Virus record (IMG/VR): IMGVR_UViG_3300020045_004115 | Coordinates: 1-38,619 of that record | DNA length: 38,619 nucleotides | Direction: 5' to 3' (one strand) | From: a virus | Taxonomy: Duplodnaviria; Caudoviricetes | Shown here: one piece after another, positions 27,335-36,073 of the stretch | Layout of the letters: every line of letters begins with the position of its first letter | How positions within the stretch are numbered: the stretch's first letter is position 1 | The notes under the pieces: model-generated | The model's input: only the letters and a program-made list of their open reading frames with translations | Database searches by the model: none | What the model was told of the DNA's origin: nothing | Translations under genes and position numbers: made by a program

Positions 27335-27430
27335 ATTAGAAGTATTTAGAGAATAATTGTTTATTAAATAGTTTTTTCATGCTATAGTTCTATTATAGAT
27401 AGTAGGCTTCACGCAATAATTATAGCACAT

Positions 27431-28075
27431 ATGAAACCAAAGACATTACAGATTGGACAAAAAATAAATTACTTAGAGGCAAGGAGATTTTCTAGAATAG
27501 ATAAGTTTGGATCTTCTGTTTGGTTTTTTACATGTGTTTGTGGAAAAGATATTGAGCTTCGTGTCAATGCTGTAAGGTCTGGAAAACTTAGTTGTGGGTG
27601 TATAACAAGACATGGTGAAACAGCAAAACAGTGGTCAGAGAGTAAAAAAAGAATTTTTCAAACCTGGAAATCTATGAAGGAGCGTTGTTTGTATAAAAAA
27701 CATAGAAGTTATGGTAACTATGGTGGCCGAGGCATAACAATCTGCGACACCTGGCTTAATTTTGATACATTTTATCTTGATATGGCCAACGGGTGGAAAC
27801 CAGGTTTTTCAATAGATCGCATTGATTTTAATGGAAATTATTGTAAAGAAAATTGTAGGTGGGCATCCTCATTTGAACAAGCAAGAAATAGAAGAAATAA
27901 CCACTATATTGAGTTTAATAATCAGCGTCTAACAATTACAGACTGGTCTTTTGTAACCCATATTCCCAAAAATAGGATTCTTTGGAGAATTACAAAAGGA
28001 TGGCCACTCGAAAAAGCACTTTATTCTTCGCCACGAAAAAAGTCTCCTTCTAAAAATACTTTTGGAAAAGAGTAG
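27431..28075 (+). CDS. HNH homing endonuclease (YGGRGI type), antisense insertion
   Basis: CVCGK, SCGC, WKSMKERC, YGGRGITICDTW, SIDRIDFNGNYCKENCRWA. Confidence 0.88.
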   Translation: MKPKTLQIGQKINYLEARRFSRIDKFGSSVWFFTCVCGKDIELRVNAVRSGKLSCGCITRHGETAKQWSESKKRIFQTWKSMKERCLYKKHRSYGNYGGRGITICDTWLNFDTFYLDMANGWKPGFSIDRIDFNGNYCKENCRWASSFEQARNRRNNHYIEFNNQRLTITDWSFVTHIPKNRILWRITKGWPLEKALYSSPRKKSPSKNTFGKE

Positions 28076-28856
28076 TTGCCCGATCTGGTTCATTGCCGAA
28101 GATGGCGATCATTTCTTTTAATGTTTGTGCGTCGATTTTATTTCCGACTTTGATTGGTTCGCCAAAAACTGCTTCCTCAAAAGCTCCGTCACTAACTTTG
28201 GTAACTTGGGATAAATTGTAACCGTTTGTCCAAAGTGAAAGCTCGTCAGTGAAGAGATGAAGTTTTTGACCCTTAACAAGATAGCACTCAGGTTTACTTT
28301 CCTCCTTAAGGATTTTGCCCTCAAAGATATAGAAGTCATAGGATAGTTGTTTCTTGGCAGAGTTATTGAGCCACTCTTGCTTCAAAACTTTTTCAGGATT
28401 AAATGCGCCTCCATAACCATTATTCAGATTAGGGTTTACATATTGTCCGTCTTTTAGAATATATTTGTATGTTCCGAAGTGAAGATGGGGGCCTGTAGTA
28501 TATTGACCAGAATTGCCCGTCAGACCGATTCTTTGTCCAGATGTGACCGAATCACCCTCTTTAACCTCAACGTGGTTCAGATGGAAGTATACGGCCTTGT
28601 AGAACGTCATTACACCGTCTTCTAAGGCTGGTGTGCTTTCGATCCAAATATAGCGTCCAGCTGAGAGTGATTCTTTATCTTCAGTTGAGGCTTTGATTAC
28701 TTTACCGTCGAATACTGCATAGCAAGGAGTGTCCATTTCTGCGTGGAAATCCAAACCGTTGTGTCCTTTAAGTCCCATCTGTTTATAAAACGATACGAGG
28801 TTATCTCCAAAAAGCTGGTTGATGTAGCAGTTGTCGAGAGGTTTAGATGTAAACAT
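28050..28856 (-). CDS. M23-family peptidase endolysin
   Basis: GHNGLDF, YFHL, GNSG..TTGPHLHF; C-terminal GKILKE...PECYLV..QK repeat. Confidence 0.88.
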   Translation of the reverse strand: MFTSKPLDNCYINQLFGDNLVSFYKQMGLKGHNGLDFHAEMDTPCYAVFDGKVIKASTEDKESLSAGRYIWIESTPALEDGVMTFYKAVYFHLNHVEVKEGDSVTSGQRIGLTGNSGQYTTGPHLHFGTYKYILKDGQYVNPNLNNGYGGAFNPEKVLKQEWLNNSAKKQLSYDFYIFEGKILKEESKPECYLVKGQKLHLFTDELSLWTNGYNLSQVTKVSDGAFEEAVFGEPIKVGNKIDAQTLKEMIAIFGNEPDRATTLFQKYF

Positions 28857-28857
28857 A

Positions 28858-28977
28858 TTAAGCAGTGTACTTAGCTTTGTCTTTATCTACTTTAGGAGAC
28901 TTTTTGAGCTGAACCTCGATCGCTCTGCGTTGGACTTCGATAACAGGGCGTTTTTTGCGAGATACTTCAACTTTCAT
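28858..28977 (-). CDS. Small basic protein (39 aa)
   Basis: Read by hand: MKVEVSRKKRPVIEVQRRAIEVQLKKSPKVDKDKAKYTA; 1-nt spacers on both sides. Confidence 0.6.
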   Translation of the reverse strand: MKVEVSRKKRPVIEVQRRAIEVQLKKSPKVDKDKAKYTA

Positions 28978-28978
28978 A

Positions 28979-29302
28979 TTACTTGATTACCTTAAAATTG
29001 AGACTTTTTATAATTGTGTTTACTGATGAGAGGTCTTCGCGAATTGATGTTGTTTTCTCGTTTTGTTTTTCAAAAAAGTAGTCTTGTTTTTCGCTTACCG
29101 AGTCAATCTTATTATAAACAAGCCAAAACATCCCACCAACAATCGTACACATGAACATCAAGATAGCCCAAAACTTGCTCCATTCAACCCGTCCGCCGAT
29201 AGCCCCCCACACTTTCTCCATAGTAGCAGCATTATCTCGTTTGAAAGTTTCAAAAGATGTTTCTAGTTTCTTTATTTCTTCGAGTTCTCTTGAGTCCGCC
29301 AT
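28979..29302 (-). CDS. Single-TM coiled-coil protein, possible lysis accessory
   Basis: FWAILMFMCTIVGGMFWLVY helix flanked by coiled coils; upstream of the lysin. Confidence 0.6.
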   Translation of the reverse strand: MADSRELEEIKKLETSFETFKRDNAATMEKVWGAIGGRVEWSKFWAILMFMCTIVGGMFWLVYNKIDSVSEKQDYFFEKQNEKTTSIREDLSSVNTIIKSLNFKVIK

Positions 29303-29303
29303 A

Positions 29304-29528
29304 TTACATTGTTTCAGTTGGTTGAATTTCAACTAATTCAGCGGCTGTGAGTTCAGAACGTGTGCGAGCACCGGCTGCGCGTGCACGAGTTACAATGTCA
29401 AGCCAGAAATCAGCTTTTTGTTTATGTGTTTCGTATTTAGAAATAGCCTCATCAAGATCGTAAACTTTCTCAGCAGGAGGTTGAGGTGTAAGTTCTACAA
29501 ACTTTGTATAGGAAACGACTTTGCTCAT
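29304..29528 (-). CDS. Hypothetical protein
   Basis: ORF track. Confidence 0.6.
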   Translation of the reverse strand: MSKVVSYTKFVELTPQPPAEKVYDLDEAISKYETHKQKADFWLDIVTRARAAGARTRSELTAAELVEIQPTETM

Positions 29529-29536
29529 AGGAGTAT

Positions 29537-29545
29537 ATTATAGCA
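29537..29545 (-). promoter_or_regulatory. Extended -10 promoter for the lysis module, very short leader
   Basis: TGC-TATAAT, 8 nt before ATG 29528. Confidence 0.6.
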
Positions 29546-29548
29546 TGT

Positions 29549-31027
29549 TTATTTTTCTTCTCCCCATGTTGTAGAAACAGTGGTATTGGCTGCTATACCA
29601 CTAACTGTTCTAGCAGCAAATGTCAATGTTTCTTCTGGGAAGAGTTGAGTTTTAAGAACATCTAAGTCAAGTGTTGCAGACCCGTATGTTGCAACAGGTA
29701 AAACATCAATCAACTCACCGCCAGTTACTGTTGTTCCAGCCGAGTCTACTGCAACAATAGAATTAAACTCATCGTGATACTGGAAATTAGGTGTTCCAGC
29801 AACCGTTGCATTTCTAAGAACTTCAACAACAAGCCCTTTATTATGTTCGTTTTCTACAAGAGCTTTAATAAGGCGTACTTTTCCAAGGTTATATCTATCT
29901 CCAAAAACAGCTCTATTTTTTATTGTTAGGATATTTGTGAGAGTTGTACTGACACTTGCTTTTGTATAAACAGCTGCATGAGTATCGTTTTTAATAACTT
30001 CATCACCTTGAACTTGAAGTACAGCACTTGCTCCTTGGACAGTGAGGTTCGATCCACTGCTTCCAAGACTTGCAGAAGTCCAACCAACCTTGAAATTAGG
30101 GCTTCCAAGAAATGCTACTGTGTTTGCGTTTGCCCATTTCATCGTATACACCTTTTGAAATTTAGCTGTGTTTGGATTGAAGATTGAATATTGCGCACCA
30201 AGAGCACCAAGATAGCCAAACTCAATTTTATAGATATTCATTTTTGTTGGATCGAAACCACTGAAAGGGGCGTAGTCCCAACTAGCTTGCGCTTTATGAT
30301 TATCTGTTTTAGCAACACCAGCGGTTCTTTCTGTAAGCGTTGCTGTTGCGCCTGTGCCGCCAGCTGCAAAACTCATTGTCCCTGATTTGTCTCCAACAGT
30401 CTTAGAGATACACAAAACAGTGTCATCTATTTGTTCAAATCTCCACTTGCCACTGAGTGTTGCATCGGCTGCGAGGGCTGCTCTGATTTGTTCAGCGTTT
30501 GTTTCTGCGGTTGCGATTGTGAGTGCAATAGCTAAAGCGTCACCATCGAGAGTAACTGTACAATTTGCTGCCGCGCTTGCTGCTACCGTTACTCGTATTG
30601 CTTGAACTTCGGCTGCCCCGTTGTATGAGTGAAGACAAGAGAAATTAGCACCATCATACCCAAATGCAAGTGTCTCTGTTAGAGAAAACATACCTGCGAA
30701 CTGAAGAGAAGAAGCCACGCCAGCCGTAAAAGAAGCTGTAATCATACACTCAACTCCTTGTCCTGCGTGATAATTAAGCGTTGGTTTACTTCTAACAACT
30801 CCATATCCTCCAACTGAAACACCTGATTGACAACGGTATTGATTTCCATTGTTATCTGCAGTTCCACCCGTACCCTCGTAAATTTCAAGTCTTTCTGTAA
30901 GGTTTGCAGGGTCAATTCTATATTTATTTGAAATCTGAACAACCGGTGTTTTATGAGCCGATATTTCTTCACCGAAAACTCCTTTTGTTGTTACGTCTAC
31001 ATCGGGAATGTTTGAGTTTATTGCCAT
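29549..31027 (-). CDS. Virion structural/tail appendage protein
   Basis: ATG 31027; NYHAGQG, FGYDG, DPTKMNIYKIEFGYLG beta-rich motifs. Confidence 0.6.
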   Translation of the reverse strand: MAINSNIPDVDVTTKGVFGEEISAHKTPVVQISNKYRIDPANLTERLEIYEGTGGTADNNGNQYRCQSGVSVGGYGVVRSKPTLNYHAGQGVECMITASFTAGVASSLQFAGMFSLTETLAFGYDGANFSCLHSYNGAAEVQAIRVTVAASAAANCTVTLDGDALAIALTIATAETNAEQIRAALAADATLSGKWRFEQIDDTVLCISKTVGDKSGTMSFAAGGTGATATLTERTAGVAKTDNHKAQASWDYAPFSGFDPTKMNIYKIEFGYLGALGAQYSIFNPNTAKFQKVYTMKWANANTVAFLGSPNFKVGWTSASLGSSGSNLTVQGASAVLQVQGDEVIKNDTHAAVYTKASVSTTLTNILTIKNRAVFGDRYNLGKVRLIKALVENEHNKGLVVEVLRNATVAGTPNFQYHDEFNSIVAVDSAGTTVTGGELIDVLPVATYGSATLDLDVLKTQLFPEETLTFAARTVSGIAANTTVSTTWGEEK

Positions 31028-31028
31028 A

Positions 31029-31358
31029 TTAGGTAATTTCAGCACCAAACGCACTAAATGAAACCGTTGCTAGTGTCGCGTAGCATTTAAGAACATCTGT
31101 TGTTGCTAGAGTAACTCCAATTGTGTAAGACTTTGTTTCGTTTGCAGCGATCGGCGCATCGTAAGCGATGTATTGTTTTACGTTATCCGCTGCAGCTGCT
31201 ACCTGAATTGAAATACGATAGGTCGTCGCAACCGCTGATGTATTACAAACTGTTATTGTGCTAACAACTGACGATGTAGAAGCAGGCACTGTATAAAGTG
31301 TTGTGAGCGTTGCAGCTGTTGGGGCTACTTGACCTAGAACTTTGTATGCTTGTGCCAT
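31029..31358 (-). CDS. Small virion protein (YKVLGQ type)
   Basis: AYKVLGQVAP.A.T.TTLYTVP...STITVCN...FSAFG.EI. Confidence 0.65.
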   Translation of the reverse strand: MAQAYKVLGQVAPTAATLTTLYTVPASTSSVVSTITVCNTSAVATTYRISIQVAAAADNVKQYIAYDAPIAANETKSYTIGVTLATTDVLKCYATLATVSFSAFGAEIT

Positions 31359-31359
31359 A

Positions 31360-31617
31360 TTATTTTTTTACACGTTTATTGCGCTTCTCAAAGGACTCAT
31401 TTTGCTGAGCAATTCCATCTAAAGCAGATTGTTTCGCTTCGTAAAACTCATTAGCTGCTTCAATCTTGCGCATTATCTCTACAAGCTCTGCTTTATACGC
31501 TGCTCGTTTTTCTTCAAACTCATCGGCAAGTTTGTTTAAGAGTTCTTTGTTTCTCTCAACATAGAAGTAGACATCTCGACACATTTTGAACCAATTTAGA
31601 ATTTTCATATTAGCCAC
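31360..31617 (-). CDS. Helical hypothetical protein
   Basis: ORF overlapping the upstream gene end. Confidence 0.55.
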   Translation of the reverse strand: MANMKILNWFKMCRDVYFYVERNKELLNKLADEFEEKRAAYKAELVEIMRKIEAANEFYEAKQSALDGIAQQNESFEKRNKRVKK

Positions 31618-32902
31618 CCATTAAAAGAAAAGTTTGAGCATAATCAGTAGTTTTCATGTAGCGATCATCGTAGCCATGAATAGCGGTCGCAGAACCACCA
31701 GAAACATAGGTAATCGCTGCACCACTAAAGGTATTTGTTGAATCTGCTACTGCACCATGTGAAACTGTTACGGGAGTTGTAACTGTTGTAAATGTATACG
31801 TTGCAGCACTTGAATCTCTCCATTTAGAGATAGGCGTTAAAAATATGCCGCGGGTTGAGTTTGTAACTGTAAGAGTTGTTCCACCAACTTGAAGCCAGCT
31901 TGAAAATGAATCTGTCATGTACACTCCACACTGACGCGTGCTAGAGGCATTAGTCATTTTATCAATGGTAAGATTTCGCATTGTTACAAAACCAAACCCT
32001 GTAACCTGAACTCCTACATCCCCACCAACCGTTGCGTCTCCGTTGATAATAATTGTTCCGTTTGTATGAACCATGCGCCCAAACCCACCGATTGAAATTC
32101 CTGAATTATTCTTAATTCCTGAAATTGTAACAGTTTGATTAGGCTGCCAGTCTAAATAACCATAAATCTGTGCTGCAAAAACAATAGCTGTTATTGAACC
32201 CGTCGCATTGCAAGAAAAAGTAAGCGGTAAGGTCGCAGCACCCAAAGTTAATACACCACCACGAGCTGCTTGAAAATAAGGGCCACCATCACGGATATTC
32301 GTAGCATAAACATTCTTGAAACGCACATATCCACCAATAGAAGATATACCAACACGCCCGTCATCAAACGTAACACCGTCAAAGTCCCAAAGATTTGTAC
32401 CTACATTAGCTGCGTACATCGAACCTGTCGATGAAAAGTTTCTTAAAATAACATTAGACGGATTTGCTACATCTCCCGTAACTCGAATAATAGAAGGAAA
32501 ATCAGAGTCTCCTTTTTTATTAAAAACTGAAGGAAGACGATAAACTGTTGTCCCGCTTCTTGTAAAAGTCCCAACCAGATTTAGTGTAACAATACCAGGC
32601 CCGATTAAGGGGACGATAGAGAAAAGCCCGTTAGTCCCGTCAAGTGTAAGTTTAGGGCCAACTGTACCGGAAACAAATGTTGCGCTTGTTCCATCATAAG
32701 AATCGCTACCTGTGGTTGAGTTGGCGTAAAAAGTAATATCGGTATCAGTCGTATCAAGACCTAGAATACCGTTCATAAAACCTGAGTCGCTGATCGTACC
32801 CATTGAGTTCTGTATGAATCTACCGGTCGTCGAATCCCAGCGCACAATAGCGTTGTCAGTTGTAGTCGTTCCGCTAAAAGCAACCCCAGGATTGAATATC
32901 AT
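31610..32902 (-). CDS. Tailspike/fiber-like protein (beta-helix-like)
   Basis: TDNAIVRWD.TTGR.IQNS fiber motif, Gly/Thr beta repeats, FLLMGG end. Confidence 0.62.
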   Translation of the reverse strand: MIFNPGVAFSGTTTTDNAIVRWDSTTGRFIQNSMGTISDSGFMNGILGLDTTDTDITFYANSTTGSDSYDGTSATFVSGTVGPKLTLDGTNGLFSIVPLIGPGIVTLNLVGTFTRSGTTVYRLPSVFNKKGDSDFPSIIRVTGDVANPSNVILRNFSSTGSMYAANVGTNLWDFDGVTFDDGRVGISSIGGYVRFKNVYATNIRDGGPYFQAARGGVLTLGAATLPLTFSCNATGSITAIVFAAQIYGYLDWQPNQTVTISGIKNNSGISIGGFGRMVHTNGTIIINGDATVGGDVGVQVTGFGFVTMRNLTIDKMTNASSTRQCGVYMTDSFSSWLQVGGTTLTVTNSTRGIFLTPISKWRDSSAATYTFTTVTTPVTVSHGAVADSTNTFSGAAITYVSGGSATAIHGYDDRYMKTTDYAQTFLLMGG

Positions 32903-33243
32903 ACTAGTTCTTGAATAGAAAGATTACACGCAGCAACCGATGCAATGGCGTTTATTTGCCCCGTAGTGAAGTTATATTCGTCCATGACCCATACACCACC
33001 TGGCCACAAAGTAATACCGCTATTTAGAACCGCAGTTGCTCCGATACCCAGTGAAATATCTCCAACTGATGTATTTGTGAGGATAAGCCCTTTTCTGTTA
33101 GCGTTCGAGGCTACGGCTGTCGCGGAAGCTACACCTACAGTCGCAAAAGTAGGGCTAGACGCTGTAAGAGCTGTTTTTGTACTGACTACGCCAGATACGA
33201 CAACTGGCAAGCCACTTGAAACTATGCCAGGATTTTGCATCAT
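32899..33243 (-). CDS. Small beta-sandwich virion protein
   Basis: ANRKGLILTNTS..DISLG; similar to 33712..34020. Confidence 0.55.
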   Translation of the reverse strand: MMQNPGIVSSGLPVVVSGVVSTKTALTASSPTFATVGVASATAVASNANRKGLILTNTSVGDISLGIGATAVLNSGITLWPGGVWVMDEYNFTTGQINAIASVAACNLSIQELV

Positions 33244-33710
33244 ACGAGCTTATCTAATGCTTCTTTAAGAATAATCTTGTCTGCGGACAATTTAGCCTTT
33301 AATGCATCTACTTCGATTACAGCCTCATTTAGAGCACTCTGCGTGCGTTCTAAGAGCGATTCTTTTTCTACGAGAGCTTCTTCGCGCTTTTTCGCGTCCT
33401 CTTCTTTTTTGGCAAGAGCTTCTTCACGAGAGCGAGCAATATCTTCTTTAGCAAAGATAACTTCTTCAACTTCATATTTATTTTTAAGAACTTCTGAAAG
33501 TTCAATCTCTGCAACCTTCTTTTTTTCCTGAAGTTCTGGGATTTCTTTATTAAGGTCTGACTTTTGAGCTAGGAGTTGTCCTAAAGCGTATTCTTCTGCA
33601 ACTACTAACTTGCGGAAGCGTAAAGATTCCTGCTCATAGATAGTAGCTTGGTTTCTAAGCTGCTCCATTTGCTGTACAGCTGATTCAATGTCCGGCTGTT
33701 CCATTTTCAT
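33240..33710 (-). CDS. Coiled-coil protein
   Basis: E/K heptads. Confidence 0.65.
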   Translation of the reverse strand: MKMEQPDIESAVQQMEQLRNQATIYEQESLRFRKLVVAEEYALGQLLAQKSDLNKEIPELQEKKKVAEIELSEVLKNKYEVEEVIFAKEDIARSREEALAKKEEDAKKREEALVEKESLLERTQSALNEAVIEVDALKAKLSADKIILKEALDKLV

Positions 33711-33711
33711 A

Positions 33712-34020
33712 CTAGTACGTTGTTATAACGATCTTCATTGTTCCCGACGCTACAGTTGCTGAAACGATTCCAGCGTAAGTAGCACCATCAAACATCATCA
33801 AACTACCCCCAAGACCGTCTGAGTCTGCAGTACCGCCCTTAAGAACAAAGTGGAACACACTTGTTGATGCACCTGTACCAAGACGAACGAATACTGGAAC
33901 CTGACCTACATTTTGGATTGCGAATCCACGACGAGATGTATCTGCGGCTAACACGTCGCCCGTGGTTGTCACGATTGACGGGGTATTAGCTTGATCAGCA
34001 CGAGCGACGACATTACCCAT
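33712..34020 (-). CDS. Small beta-sandwich virion protein
   Basis: SRRGFAIQNVG..PVFVRLG. Confidence 0.55.
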   Translation of the reverse strand: MGNVVARADQANTPSIVTTTGDVLAADTSRRGFAIQNVGQVPVFVRLGTGASTSVFHFVLKGGTADSDGLGGSLMMFDGATYAGIVSATVASGTMKIVITTY

Positions 34021-34025
34021 ATAGT

Positions 34026-34385
34026 TTATTCTTTAAGGCCTTCAAATTCCTCAGTTGGTTCTACTACCTTCTTTGGACGACCCATTTTTTTATTCTTATT
34101 TAAGATTTGTGTTTCAACTGGCAATTCTTCTACTGATTCTGTTTCAGGAGCGTTTACTTCTTCTACCTCTTCAACAAAACATTTAGCATAGAATTGTCCA
34201 CGGCGTTGGTCAGCGGTTCCGTAGCCAGCTTTCTGGAGTTCACGATCGGTCAAGTGTTTAGCGAAGTGGTTTGCTTTCCAGTCTTCTAAGTAAACGCTCT
34301 GACCTGCCTTGATCTTATATGGGACTGAATCCCACATGCCTACGAACTCTTCATTTGACCAGTTTAGAAAGATTTTTGATTCCAT
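34026..34385 (-). CDS. Hypothetical protein in the head module
   Basis: ORF track; GRPKK motif. Confidence 0.65.
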   Translation of the reverse strand: MESKIFLNWSNEEFVGMWDSVPYKIKAGQSVYLEDWKANHFAKHLTDRELQKAGYGTADQRRGQFYAKCFVEEVEEVNAPETESVEELPVETQILNKNKKMGRPKKVVEPTEEFEGLKE

Positions 34386-34387
34386 AG

Positions 34388-34476
34388 TATCTCGGTGGTG
34401 AGGCGAGTATGCACCATTAGCCCAGTGGGTGAGGCTGGAATAGCACCCTAGAGGGGGGAGTTTTTAGGCTCCCCCG
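34388..34476 (-). promoter_or_regulatory. Three-hairpin intergenic RNA with twin GCCUCACC loops
   Basis: GGGGGAG/CTCCCCC; CCAG-cctcaccca-CTGG; CTCG-cctcaccac-CGAG. Confidence 0.6.
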
Positions 34477-34483
34477 ATTAAAG

Positions 34484-35206
34484 TTAGGCAAGGAGAAGGT
34501 TAACAGCTACATATTCTGTAGTTGCACCACCTGTTACTGCGCGTCCAACGATCTGCTGTACGCCAGTGTGAGGTTCAATAGCACCTGCTGCTTGATTTGA
34601 AGCTGCTACGTTAGTACCAACAACAATTGTCTGATCGTCTACAAGGAGAGGGCAAACACCACCTACCTGCAACCAACCAAATTCACTAGCTGCAACTGGG
34701 TAAACTGCTGCACCTGCTACACATGAAGTAGCTGTAGTAGGGTTTACAACAACAGCATTGTAAGCGTTCGAAACAAGGTCACAATTTGAAGAAGCTGTAA
34801 GAGCTACCAAAATTGGATCTACAAGAGACAAAGTCAAAGTTGCTGAAGCGTCAGCTGCTGGGTGCGAGCTGATAAGGTATGAATAACCCTGTCCTGGAGT
34901 AACTGTTACAACGAGATAACCACCAGCATACTGGTTTGCAGTTGCTGCTGTATTTCCGAGAGTAACTGTTACTGAAGTTGCGCCGATAGCTGTTGCAGCT
35001 GGCACAACGTCCTGATGGTTAGTTACTTCTGCAGGAGCCTGGTAAAGTTTTCCAGGAACGAGAGCTGTACCACCACATTTTGCGTAACGGAATGAGCGAC
35101 CATCAGGAGTTACCATTTTTTCTCCGAGAGCATGCATCTGAACAGATGAGCTTGAGAAAATTGGCTGTGCGGCTACCTGTGGGTTGCCTGTAAGAATTGA
35201 AGCCAT
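34484..35206 (-). CDS. Capsid decoration/cement protein
   Basis: ATG 35206; LG.....DGRSFRYAK.G, FGWLQVGG; after the capsid gene. Confidence 0.65.
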   Translation of the reverse strand: MASILTGNPQVAAQPIFSSSSVQMHALGEKMVTPDGRSFRYAKCGGTALVPGKLYQAPAEVTNHQDVVPAATAIGATSVTVTLGNTAATANQYAGGYLVVTVTPGQGYSYLISSHPAADASATLTLSLVDPILVALTASSNCDLVSNAYNAVVVNPTTATSCVAGAAVYPVAASEFGWLQVGGVCPLLVDDQTIVVGTNVAASNQAAGAIEPHTGVQQIVGRAVTGGATTEYVAVNLLLA

Positions 35207-35216
35207 AGTTTTTAGA

Positions 35217-36008
35217 TTAAGCGATACGATAAAGAGTCCAAGCACCAGTACCTGTCTTGCGAGCCAAGAAGCGTGCTGATGAGTTTAAGCTACCTGCTGC
35301 GCTATAAGCGTGAATATCCATGTTACCAACCAATGTCCAACCAGTGTTGGTTGTAACAGAAGCATCTTCTGCGTCTGTTGTTGAGATATTGATAACCGAG
35401 AATTCAAACGCGTCATTAGCAGCAGAAACTGGGATAAGAGCGTCTAAGTCTGTTGCAACTGGAAGCTGCAAAGCAGAAGTAGCACCACCACCCTGGTTAA
35501 CAGTAATGATCTGTGTTGCAAGTTCAGCAGCTGTAAGAGTTGCAGAAACAGTTTTAGCTGTCTGAGCACCCTGGTATTCCATTGCAAAAGAGCGAATGAG
35601 AACAGCACCACTACCTTTTCCGGCAAGACTTACGTTAACGTGAGTATCTCCACCAACCGCAGCAACAGCTACAACACCGTTAGCAGCAGAGCCAGTTACC
35701 TGGATACCGTTGATCATCGAAGCTGTCGAAGCCACGACTTTCAAAGCTGGGTTTGTTGCGCCATTAGGGCCAACTACGAGAGCAGAAGCTGATGTGCTTG
35801 TGATCGTTGTGGCACCTGTAATACTCGTTGTGTCTGAAACAGCGTTACCGAGGATTGTATTACCAGTCGTTGTTAGGTCTGTAAGCGTTTGCGCAGCGAT
35901 TGTAGTTGTGCCAGTAACCGTAAGATTTGCGTTAATGGTTACATTTTTTTCTGTGTTCAAACCAGCGTATTTAACTACTGGAATGAAATCTTCTAAGTTT
36001 TGAGACAT
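35217..36008 (-). CDS. Capsid-associated fiber/decoration protein
   Basis: Thr/Ala-rich, TLTAAEL...I, LQLP, TLYRI end; directly after the capsid gene. Confidence 0.55.
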   Translation of the reverse strand: MSQNLEDFIPVVKYAGLNTEKNVTINANLTVTGTTTIAAQTLTDLTTTGNTILGNAVSDTTSITGATTITSTSASALVVGPNGATNPALKVVASTASMINGIQVTGSAANGVVAVAAVGGDTHVNVSLAGKGSGAVLIRSFAMEYQGAQTAKTVSATLTAAELATQIITVNQGGGATSALQLPVATDLDALIPVSAANDAFEFSVINISTTDAEDASVTTNTGWTLVGNMDIHAYSAAGSLNSSARFLARKTGTGAWTLYRIA

Positions 36009-36073
36009 ATCCTTTGTATTTTTCCCTCTGCCGTCATCTTTTAAGAAGCAGCGTCAAAGGCGATAGTTAGTGA

